From an archaeon (lineage in GTDB: Archaea; Nanobdellota; Nanobdellia; Pacearchaeales; GW2011-AR1), in the NCBI GenBank assembly GCA_030639065.1, contig DAOWDJ010000006.1:1-35897 (forward strand): DNA of 35,897 nt, given 5' to 3'. Made by a program: the position numbers and the translations under genes. The notes beneath the pieces are model-generated. The model made no database searches, was not told where the DNA came from, and saw nothing but the letters and a program-made list of their open reading frames with translations. Shown here in pieces: positions 1 to 7,088 of the stretch. The stretch's first letter is position 1. Every line of letters begins with the position of its first letter.

Positions 1-26
1 AATTAGAATCTTGATTATTTAAAACC

Positions 27-105
27 TTATAAAATCTATAAACCATTAAATTGGCGATTACATATTGTTGTTTATATAGAACTAACTTTTTTACAGGAGA
101 GAATT
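27..105 (+). promoter_or_regulatory. promoter/leader module copy 1: TATA-like ttataaaa 27-34, conserved 17-mer 38-54, SD ACAGGAGA 93-100
   Basis: The 17-mer ATAAACCATTAAATTGG is identical to 1367-1383 and sits at the same offset from a TATA-like box. The downstream TATAG..AACT..T-run..ACAGGAGA..ATG layout is shared with copy 2. Confidence 0.5.
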
Positions 106-1311
106 ATGAAGAAATTAATTATGATTATATTTTCTTTGATTATCCTAACTGGCTGCAATCAATGTGACCCCGGCACTGAATATCCACCAGGAACACCCAG
201 TGGATTAAATATTATAACCTCAGGAGACGAAAGAATCCTTACATGGAACAACGTAACAGAAGAAGAAGGATTTATTATCCGATTGGAAAAATCTGGAAGT
301 GAAATTAAGAAAGAATATATTTCAGTAAATAAGACATCTTTTTCACTCGGAATTTTGGAAACTGGTAATTACGAAGCTTTTGTTTGTGCCTATAATATAT
401 ACGGAACTTCAGAATGGGCTTCCATAGAATTTAGTGTTTCGGAAGTGGAAGAGATAAAAGAACTTACTACGAACGAAAGTGGAATAGTTACTTTTACAGA
501 TAATCAAACCATGGAAGAGGTTAATGTTTACATAGAAAATAAAACCCAAGATAAACTTTCTGAAATTAATGTCACATTCTGGGATGGGGAAGGCTATGAA
601 ATGTTCATCGTAAATGATCCTGCTGGACAATATTTTTCTGCTTTCGAAATTTATGAGCACAATAGTGATCATATAATAACTATGTATATAGTAGGAGACC
701 CCTTATCAGACACTATAGAGAATATTGAAATTGGATCCTCAAAAGAACAAGCAATAGAGAAATTTATAGAAAAAAATAAAGATAAAAGCATATATATGGG
801 AAAACTTACTCCAGAAGAAATCGACAAAGTAACTACGACTAAACTAAATATTATGACACCACTAGTAGGTGGATGTTATAAAAAATTTGCATCATTCTTA
901 TCTGACTTTGCCGACATAGTAAAAGAGATTTTCGTAATTAACGAACCAGAATTTTATGATGTTTATATACTAATACCAGGAGGAATCACTTCCACCATAA
1001 GGTGGCTTGAACCAATAGAGGAAGTAACCACAATTCCAAATGCTCCCTCTGATTTTATCGCAATGCCAATAGACCCATATAGTGCCCAAGTTGAGTGGCA
1101 AGATAATTCCGATAACGAAGATGGATTTAGACTTGAAGTATGGGGACCAATATCAGATGAATGGAAATGGATTGGAATTAATGTTACGTGGACTTCAGGA
1201 TATTGGAATTTTCCTATAGGTGGGCAAGAATGGCAATTACGAGTTTGCTCATTCAATGAAATGGGGCGCAGTGACTGGATAAACACTACGGTAATATGCC
1301 CAACGTTTTAA
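106..1311 (+). CDS. secreted lipoprotein with FN3-like domains at both ends
   Basis: The signal peptide ends in the lipobox L-T-G-C (MKKLIMIIFSLIILTGC). FN3-like segments are PSGLNIITSGDERILTWNNV...YEAFVCAYNIYGTSEW and PNAPSDFIAMPIDPYSAQVEWQDNSDNEDGFRLEVW...LRVCSFNEMGRSDW. An SD lies 5 nt upstream of the ATG. Confidence 0.6.
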   Translation: MKKLIMIIFSLIILTGCNQCDPGTEYPPGTPSGLNIITSGDERILTWNNVTEEEGFIIRLEKSGSEIKKEYISVNKTSFSLGILETGNYEAFVCAYNIYGTSEWASIEFSVSEVEEIKELTTNESGIVTFTDNQTMEEVNVYIENKTQDKLSEINVTFWDGEGYEMFIVNDPAGQYFSAFEIYEHNSDHIITMYIVGDPLSDTIENIEIGSSKEQAIEKFIEKNKDKSIYMGKLTPEEIDKVTTTKLNIMTPLVGGCYKKFASFLSDFADIVKEIFVINEPEFYDVYILIPGGITSTIRWLEPIEEVTTIPNAPSDFIAMPIDPYSAQVEWQDNSDNEDGFRLEVWGPISDEWKWIGINVTWTSGYWNFPIGGQEWQLRVCSFNEMGRSDWINTTVICPTF

Positions 1312-1329
1312 TAAAAATAATCTCAACAT

Positions 1330-1359
1330 AACGCCACATCCTACGTGGCGTTTCTTTTT
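1330..1359 (+). terminator. hairpin plus T-run terminator after the lipoprotein gene
   Basis: AACGCCAC (1330-1337) pairs perfectly with GTGGCGTT (1345-1352) around a 7-nt loop, followed by TCTTTTT. Confidence 0.6.
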
Positions 1360-1439
1360 AAAATCAATAAACCATTAAATTGGTAATCAAATATCAAGTT
1401 CTCTGTATAGGGAACTTATTTTTAATACAGGAGAAAAAT
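1355..1439 (+). promoter_or_regulatory. promoter/leader module copy 2: TATA-like tttttaaaa 1355-1363, 17-mer 1367-1383, SD ACAGGAGA 1427-1434
   Basis: Same 17-mer and same SD context as 27-105. Confidence 0.5.
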
Positions 1440-1721
1440 ATGTTTACTACTAATTACGATATCCAGAAAATTCTGGATGAGGCAAGGGCATATCTAAAGG
1501 CTGCAATAGCTTTAAAAGAAGATGGCAAACCCGAAAGATCAATCAAATGCATTACTTCCAGAGTATACAAAAAAATAGATGAACTACTGGAATCGGTCCC
1601 ATACCTCAAAGAAACCCAAATTGAAGATGCCCCAGAAAGAGAGAAATTTGAGAATCGTATTGAATTTGATATTGAATATCTCTCTAAGTATATCGAGGCC
1701 ATAGAAAAAGATCTTAGATAA
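1440..1721 (+). CDS. hypothetical small helical protein (start moved to MFTTNYD)
   Basis: The ATG at 1440 is preceded by ACAGGAGA. The longer ORF start at 1380 would read through the conserved leader. No recognisable motif. Confidence 0.5.
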   Translation: MFTTNYDIQKILDEARAYLKAAIALKEDGKPERSIKCITSRVYKKIDELLESVPYLKETQIEDAPEREKFENRIEFDIEYLSKYIEAIEKDLR

Positions 1722-1731
1722 GGAGAATAAG

Positions 1732-1992
1732 ATGAAAGAAAAACAAGAAAGGGCATTCGAGTGCATCAAGGAAATTTTAACCGGCAAAGAACATTCAAAG
1801 ATATTCGGTATCGATCCGTTTAAAGTAAAACCAGAATCAAAATTACGCCAAGATTTGGGACTGGATAGTTTAGACACCTACGAACTTGTCTTCTATACGG
1901 AAGGAGGACTTAAAGTAAAAATTCCGGATGAAATAATAAACGGATTCGAAACTATCCAGAATATAATGGATTTTGCAGCTGGGCAAATGTAA
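1732..1992 (+). CDS. acyl/peptidyl carrier protein-like (ACP fold, phosphopantetheine-Ser motif)
   Basis: LRQDLGLDSLDTYELVFYTEGGLKVKIPDE matches the ACP consensus LGxDSLDxVELV...IPDE. The size is 86 aa. The SD AAGGAG lies upstream, and the gene starts 10 nt after the previous stop. Confidence 0.7.
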   Translation: MKEKQERAFECIKEILTGKEHSKIFGIDPFKVKPESKLRQDLGLDSLDTYELVFYTEGGLKVKIPDEIINGFETIQNIMDFAAGQM

Positions 1993-2022
1993 TCCCAAAA
2001 GCATTTTCTTAATTGAAGGTGC

Positions 2023-2037
2023 TTTTTTATTTCTTAA
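2023..2037 (+). terminator. T-rich terminator motif TTTTTTATTTCTTAA after the ACP-like gene (second exact copy at 2084-2098)
   Basis: The same 15-mer directly follows the ppsA stop at 4593-4607. Related TTTTTATT(T)CT follows the stops at 5809 and 12540 on the minus strand. Confidence 0.45.
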
Positions 2038-2142
2038 AACCTATATACTCTAACATACCATATTACACTATATAACTGAAACATTTTTTATTTCTTAAAA
2101 TTCACTATCCTCGTCATATACCTACAATTCTCAACACAAATC

Positions 2143-2150
2143 TTTATATA
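2143..2150 (+). promoter_or_regulatory. TATA box tttatata, centre about 25 nt upstream of the ppsA ATG (leaderless mRNA inferred)
   Basis: The consensus cTTTATATAa recurs at the same distance upstream of the ATGs at 4675, 15481, 28650 and 31530. Confidence 0.6.
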
Positions 2151-2171
2151 ATCTTTTCTCCAAAAACTTCT

Positions 2172-4592
2172 ATGGGTGATAAATATATTGCATGGCTCTC
2201 AGACCTTTCTAAAAAGAATTTAAATCTCGCAGGCGGAAAAGGTGCAAACCTCGGCGAAATGTTCAACTCAAAATTCCCAGTTCCACAAGCATTCGTCGTA
2301 ACGACCGATTCGTTTTTTTATTTCTTAAAACAAGCAAAACTAGAAGACAAAATAAAAACAATCATAAACACAATAGACGTTGACAAGACGGACGACTTAA
2401 CAAAGAAAGCCAAAGAAATACGAAATCTAATAATCAATGCAGAAATGCCAAAAAATTTAGAAGAAGAAATCTTAGAAGCATACGATCATTTCAATATCGA
2501 TCTAGACTCAATGAAGGGATCACCAGACGCCTTAGCAATTTTGAAATCCGCAAGAGAACCAATTTTTGTCTCAGTCCGTTCATCAGCAACAGCAGAAGAT
2601 TTAGCCGATGCATCCTTCGCAGGACAACAATCATCTTTCATAAACATCAAAGGAAACCCAGAATTAATACAAAAAGTCAAGGAATGTTTCGCCTCAATTT
2701 TCACCGCACGTTCAATTTTCTACCGAAAGAAAAAAGGCTTCGAGGGAATCGTTGGCATCGCCGCAATCGTCCAAAAAATGATCAACTCAGATAAATCAGG
2801 TGTAATCTTTTCGAACAACCCAATAAAAAATAACAACGAAATTTTAATCGAAGCTGTATTCGGACAAGGCGAAGGAATAGTCTCTGGAAAAATAAAACCA
2901 GACCAACATACTTTGACAAGGGAAATGGAAATAATTGATGAAAAAATTTCAAATAAAAAATTAGCAATCGTTAGAACTGCAGGTGGAGAGACAAAAACAA
3001 TTCAACTAACACCAGAAAAATCAAGTAGCCGAGTTCTGAAAACTTACGAGTTAAAACAACTAGCAGAATATGCAATCAAACTTGAAAAGCACTACGACAA
3101 ACCACAAGATATAGAATTCGCAATTGAAAACGAAGATATCTACATATTACAGACAAGACCAATTACAACATTAAAAAAACAATCTAACGGAAAAGAAGCC
3201 GACCTCGACGGACAAGTTCTAACTGAAGGGATGGCTGCATCACCAGGAATAGCATCAGGAGTTGTAAAAATAATAAATTCTATGGACGACTTAGGAAAAA
3301 TAAAACAAGGAGACATCTTAGTAACCACAATGACAAACCCAGATATGGTTGTAACAATGCAAAAAGCCGCCGCAATCTTAACTTCAGAGGGAGGAATAAC
3401 CGCACACGCAGCAATCGTATCGAGAGAAATGGGAATCCCTGCAGTAGTCGGAGCACAAAATGCACTCGAAGTTTTAAAAGACGGAGATGAAATTACCGTA
3501 GATGGATTCCATGGAAAAATATTTGCAGGAAAAGCAGAAAATAAATCAGTAGAGATTTTACCAATAGTTGAAACAAAAATTAAAATTAAAGTCATGGTTG
3601 ATCTCCCACAATTTGCAGAACGAGCAGCAAAAACAAAGGCTGATGGAATTGGATTGATTAGACTAGAAGGACTAATAGCGACAGCAGGAAAACATCCCGT
3701 TGCATACGAAAAAGAAAATAAATTAGAAGAATACCAAGCAATGTTAAAAGAAGGTTTAGGAAAAATAGCAGAAACCTTTGTCGGAAAACCAATCTGGATA
3801 AGATCCTCAGATATTAGAAGCGATGAATATGCAAACCTAGAAGGAGCACCAAAAAAGATAGAAAAAAATCCAATGCTTGGAGATCACGGAATAAGATTCT
3901 CACTAAAACACCCAGGAATTTTCAAAGCTGAACTTTTAGCGGTTAAAGAACTAGCAGACAAGGGTCACAAGTTCGGAATCATGTTCCCACAAATTATATC
4001 GGTCGAAGAAGTAAAACAGGCACGAAAAATCTTCAATGAGCTAAAAATAGACAATGTTCAATTTGGTGTTATGATAGAAACTCCGGCCGCAGCAATTTTA
4101 ATCAAAGACATCTGCAGAGAAGGAATCGACTTCATCTCATTCGGAACAAACGATCTAACACAATATACTCTAGCAATCGACAGAGGTAACGAAGAAGTCC
4201 AAGACATCTATAACGAAATGAATTGGGCAATCTTAAAACAAATCTCAAGAGTAATTAGAGAATGTAAAGCACAGGGAATTGAAACTTCAATATGTGGGCA
4301 AGCAGGTTCTAAAAAGGAAATGGTAAAATTCCTAGTCCAACAAGGCATAGATTCAATTTCTGTAAATGCTGACGTAGCAAAAGAAATATCCGAATATGTA
4401 CACCAATTAGAAACCGGAACTGTAGAACCTATTGACAATAAAGAATCTATCAAAGAAGAAATACAGGAAAGAAAACAGCCCATAGAAGAACCCAAAAAAG
4501 AAAACCCAGAACCAGTTGTCACCACAGAAGCTACTAAAAAAGAATCAAACCCAGAAACAAAACAGCCCAAAAAAGAAGATATTTTTAACTAA
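2172..4592 (+). CDS. ppsA: phosphoenolpyruvate synthase (pyruvate, water dikinase)
   Basis: N-terminal GGKGANLGEM. Phosphohistidine swivel motif GGITAHAAIVSREMGIPAVVG. PEP-utilising C-terminal motif SFGTNDLTQYTLAIDR. Carries a ~60-aa K/E/P-rich C-terminal tail. Confidence 0.93.
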   Translation: MGDKYIAWLSDLSKKNLNLAGGKGANLGEMFNSKFPVPQAFVVTTDSFFYFLKQAKLEDKIKTIINTIDVDKTDDLTKKAKEIRNLIINAEMPKNLEEEILEAYDHFNIDLDSMKGSPDALAILKSAREPIFVSVRSSATAEDLADASFAGQQSSFINIKGNPELIQKVKECFASIFTARSIFYRKKKGFEGIVGIAAIVQKMINSDKSGVIFSNNPIKNNNEILIEAVFGQGEGIVSGKIKPDQHTLTREMEIIDEKISNKKLAIVRTAGGETKTIQLTPEKSSSRVLKTYELKQLAEYAIKLEKHYDKPQDIEFAIENEDIYILQTRPITTLKKQSNGKEADLDGQVLTEGMAASPGIASGVVKIINSMDDLGKIKQGDILVTTMTNPDMVVTMQKAAAILTSEGGITAHAAIVSREMGIPAVVGAQNALEVLKDGDEITVDGFHGKIFAGKAENKSVEILPIVETKIKIKVMVDLPQFAERAAKTKADGIGLIRLEGLIATAGKHPVAYEKENKLEEYQAMLKEGLGKIAETFVGKPIWIRSSDIRSDEYANLEGAPKKIEKNPMLGDHGIRFSLKHPGIFKAELLAVKELADKGHKFGIMFPQIISVEEVKQARKIFNELKIDNVQFGVMIETPAAAILIKDICREGIDFISFGTNDLTQYTLAIDRGNEEVQDIYNEMNWAILKQISRVIRECKAQGIETSICGQAGSKKEMVKFLVQQGIDSISVNADVAKEISEYVHQLETGTVEPIDNKESIKEEIQERKQPIEEPKKENPEPVVTTEATKKESNPETKQPKKEDIFN

Positions 4593-4607
4593 TTTTTTAT
4601 TTCTTAA
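4593..4607 (+). terminator. T-rich terminator motif TTTTTTATTTCTTAA immediately after the ppsA stop
   Basis: Exact 15-mer shared with 2023, 2084 and 2314. Confidence 0.5.
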
Positions 4608-4645
4608 TTTGTGTTACCCCTTCTAAGATACAACACACAGAAAGA

Positions 4646-4654
4646 CTTATATAC
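4646..4654 (+). promoter_or_regulatory. TATA-like cttatatac about 25 nt upstream of the ATG at 4675
   Basis: Position and sequence match the window promoter consensus. Confidence 0.5.
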
Positions 4655-4674
4655 TCCAAACAATTATATTTTAT

Positions 4675-5268
4675 ATGACAGAGGAAAGAAAACACAGACC
4701 AACACCAATAGAGTATGCAGTAAATTTTAACAGAGGCGCAGTTTATGCTAAACATACTGGCGCTCTAATCGAAGGCATGGAGCTTGTTTATAATGGGAAT
4801 GGAATGGAACGTGCACCAATTATACAAGAAATAGTGGCAGGCGCTAAATCATATATAGACGCACATAATGAATATTCTAAAAAAATGGAAGAATGGAAAG
4901 TCTCAGAAGATAAAACAGAAGAGAATAAACCCAAACCAAATCAAAATCCAGATCTTGCACTAGCAGAAGTTAACTACGGACAACTTGCCAGAGCAATGGA
5001 TACTAGAACCAAAATCTTCGATGACAACTGGGAACAACTAAGCCTAAAACAGGCAATAGGAATAAGCCAATATAGAAATATGCCAAAAGATATATCCAAA
5101 ACAGTTATGGGACTAATAAACAATAATGATGGTATAATTAAAGATATTAAAAATAAGAAAGCAAAAGGTATTGCCGATGCCTTTAAACAATATTATACAC
5201 AAGGTGAAACCGCAAAAGATATCGAAAAAATGTATTTAGAAAAATCCCTAGAAACTCTTGCAACTTAA
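4675..5268 (+). CDS. hypothetical protein
   Basis: Long ORF with its own TATA box. No motif recognised. Confidence 0.55.
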   Translation: MTEERKHRPTPIEYAVNFNRGAVYAKHTGALIEGMELVYNGNGMERAPIIQEIVAGAKSYIDAHNEYSKKMEEWKVSEDKTEENKPKPNQNPDLALAEVNYGQLARAMDTRTKIFDDNWEQLSLKQAIGISQYRNMPKDISKTVMGLINNNDGIIKDIKNKKAKGIADAFKQYYTQGETAKDIEKMYLEKSLETLAT

Positions 5269-5276
5269 ACATCAAT

Positions 5277-5654
5277 CTATCTCTTCCCCAAATTCTCAAT
5301 ATCAATTAGATACTTCCCTTCTTGCAACTTAAATACAATAGGCTGACGATTCATCAGAGAAACAATATCTATCTCAAATTTCCCCGGCTTCAAAACTCTG
5401 ATACTCTCTAAGTCTAAAATCACTGGCTTAGACTCATCTTCAATTTTCAAAATACTCCTCACATCCTCCTCAACCTTCTTCTTATCAACACTATCAAATT
5501 CCGGAATAGGTGTCTCCTTTGACTCTTTTATCTTCGCTACTTGCTCATCTCGAATATAGAAAAAAAACTTCCCACCACAGCTATTACACCCCTCTAATAT
5601 CTCTTTACTCCCGACATCGATTATCTTCGAACAGTGAACGCATTGGTGTGGCAT
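5277..5654 (-). CDS. Zn-ribbon protein (CxxC...CxxC at the N-terminus)
   Basis: MPHQCVHCSKIIDVGSKEILEGCNSCGG. It lies downstream of the GTPase and a small conserved protein. I recall this archaeal triad as the DUF2072/DUF2073 neighbourhood, which needs verification. Confidence 0.6.
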   Translation of the reverse strand: MPHQCVHCSKIIDVGSKEILEGCNSCGGKFFFYIRDEQVAKIKESKETPIPEFDSVDKKKVEEDVRSILKIEDESKPVILDLESIRVLKPGKFEIDIVSLMNRQPIVFKLQEGKYLIDIENLGKR

Positions 5655-5706
5655 AAAAGAACTAAGAACTCGAACTTTAAAAAACTACTGAAAAAAACCT
5701 CCAACA

Positions 5707-5811
5707 TAATTTTTATTTCTAGCAGAATTAGACGAGACGTGAGGTTGCGTGGCGTATTAACATACACGAACGGTTATCCAACGAAGTATAAATCACTAGA
5801 AATAAAAATTA
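5707..5811. repeat. element A: 73-bp GC-rich core bounded by perfect 16-bp inverted repeats TAATTTTTATTTCTAG / CTAGAAATAAAAATTA
   Basis: The inverted repeats are at 5707-5722 and 5796-5811. The core is paralogous to 12461-12530. The right repeat contains the stop codon of the 5809-6240 gene. Confidence 0.6.
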
Positions 5812-6240
5812 TTTTCTTTGGAGAAGCAACTCAACCTTCTTCGGATTTTTAGTCATTTCCTTAACGACAGAAGCCGGTCCGATAATCGTAATAGCATCCT
5901 GCTCCCCAACTAAAATCTTTGCAATATTACGCCTAATATTTTCAAACAAGCCTCTATTTTCATTCTCTGCCGAAATAGCAGCAATCTCAATTCCCTGAAA
6001 ATTCTTAATATTATCAATTAACACCATAGAATTCTCAATCAAACGCACCTCCTCATCAGGACTTAAACGACCCTGCAAAATAATAATTTTCTGAGCAAGA
6101 ATCAGTCCCATAATCTTCTTAATTCTCCCAACAGTATCCTCATGCACAATTTCTGAATACGGCATAAAATGAATGGTCAAATCCTTACCTACTTTAGGCA
6201 CCTTTCTAACTTTCTTCACACTCTTTTTCTTTTTTGCCAT
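5809..6240 (-). CDS. conserved small protein between the GTPase and the Zn-ribbon gene (DUF2073-like, from memory)
   Basis: 143-aa ORF with a K-rich N-terminus, packed 37 nt downstream of the GTPase gene. The family name is not verifiable here. Confidence 0.5.
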   Translation of the reverse strand: MAKKKKSVKKVRKVPKVGKDLTIHFMPYSEIVHEDTVGRIKKIMGLILAQKIIILQGRLSPDEEVRLIENSMVLIDNIKNFQGIEIAAISAENENRGLFENIRRNIAKILVGEQDAITIIGPASVVKEMTKNPKKVELLLQRK

Positions 6241-6277
6241 TATTTTATTTTATATCTGGTACTCTTCGAGAGCCATA

Positions 6278-6916
6278 TTAAATTTTCTTTACCAACTTGA
6301 AGAGTGCTTCATAAAACTCTTCCATATTATCTCCGTTTTTAGCCGAAATCCCAACAACCTCATATTCTGGGAAAGCACCTTGTATCTTCTTAATATCAGA
6401 CTTTTTTAAATCTATCTTATTCGCAACAACTAATACAGGAATATTTCTAGCAACCAAATTTCCAATAATCGTAATATTCACCTGCGAATACGGATTCATC
6501 GTCGAGTCAATCAGGATAATAACTGCATCCATATCATCCAACCATTTAATAGATTCAATAATTCCTTGCGTTGCTTCCTTGGCTCTATCTTGTGCCGCCT
6601 TTCTTTTTAATCCAAATTTCATAAAATCTTCAAAATCAATCTTCGTCGCAATCCCAGGAGTATCAATTAACTTAAATTCAATCTTTTTTCCATCCCTATC
6701 TAGAACAACTTTTTCCTTAACTTGAATTGTTCTAGTCTCATGTGGCATCTTACTTACCGAGCCTAAATCCTCACCCAACCAATCCTGACAAATCCTATTC
6801 GCCAAACTAGTTTTCCCAGCATTTGGCGAACCATAGAAACCTAGTTTAATTTCTCCCTTCTTCTTAAATACACCAGAGAAAATCCTACGAGCAAAATTCC
6901 TAATTATCTTTATCAT
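6278..6916 (-). CDS. small GTP-binding protein
   Basis: G1 GSPNAGKT, G3 DTPG, G4 NKID and G5 SAK are all present in order. Confidence 0.85.
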   Translation of the reverse strand: MIKIIRNFARRIFSGVFKKKGEIKLGFYGSPNAGKTSLANRICQDWLGEDLGSVSKMPHETRTIQVKEKVVLDRDGKKIEFKLIDTPGIATKIDFEDFMKFGLKRKAAQDRAKEATQGIIESIKWLDDMDAVIILIDSTMNPYSQVNITIIGNLVARNIPVLVVANKIDLKKSDIKKIQGAFPEYEVVGISAKNGDNMEEFYEALFKLVKKI

Positions 6917-7088
6917 AGAAAAAAATCTCCAGATTTTTTTCTCGCAAGGACTTTGTCATTGCATAATACAAATACCTTTTGTTTCAAAATTCTATCTACC
7001 ATAGAAAAAAATCTCCAGATTTTTTTCTCGCAAGGACTTTGTCATTGCATAATACAAATACCTTTTGTTTCAAAATATTACCTATCAT
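6914..7088 (-). repeat. tandem 86-bp promoter-leader repeat, two units
   Basis: Unit starts (cat in the plus-strand text) are at 6914, 7000 and 7086. The units are near identical. The same family occurs at 21782-21978. Confidence 0.9.

Noticed and set aside
409-1286. Antisense ORFs 409-672 and 963-1286. Similar shadow ORFs occur opposite ppsA, rtcB, the oxidoreductase genes, the ATPase and others (for example 2486-2704, 3140-3595, 4208-4570, 12987-13765, 16878-17649, 22900-23085, 27454-28302, 31646-32644, 33849-34052).
   Set aside because: Each lies entirely inside a longer ORF on the other strand that has clear family motifs. Their products are low-complexity with no motifs. Such shadow ORFs are expected in AT-rich DNA.
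1380-1439. The longer start (MVIKYQVLCIG...) for the ORF at 1380-1721.
   Set aside because: It would translate the conserved leader module. The ATG at 1440 has the same ACAGGAGA spacing as the neighbouring gene.
5723-5795. C/D-box or H/ACA guide RNA identity for the element A and B cores.
   Set aside because: Neither strand has RUGAUGA/CUGA boxes with the required ~12-nt guide spacing, only weak look-alikes such as GUGAUUU and GUCUAA. There is no 3' ACA in both copies. The class is left unassigned.
5634-5852. 72-aa plus-strand ORF spanning the Zn-ribbon start, element A and the end of the next gene.
   Set aside because: It overlaps two well-supported minus-strand genes and the IR-bounded element. 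It has no start signals.
6914-7088. CRISPR array interpretation of the tandem repeats, also at 21782-21978.
   Set aside because: The units are contiguous with no unique spacers. There are only two units per locus, the unit length is about 85 bp, and no cas genes are present.
6914-7088. The mini-ORFs in the 85/86-bp units as bona fide conserved peptide genes.
   Set aside because: A 1-nt indel between the two loci shifts the C-terminal third of the predicted peptide, so the protein sequence is not conserved. The RNA/DNA-level reading is favoured, though leader-peptide translation is not excluded.
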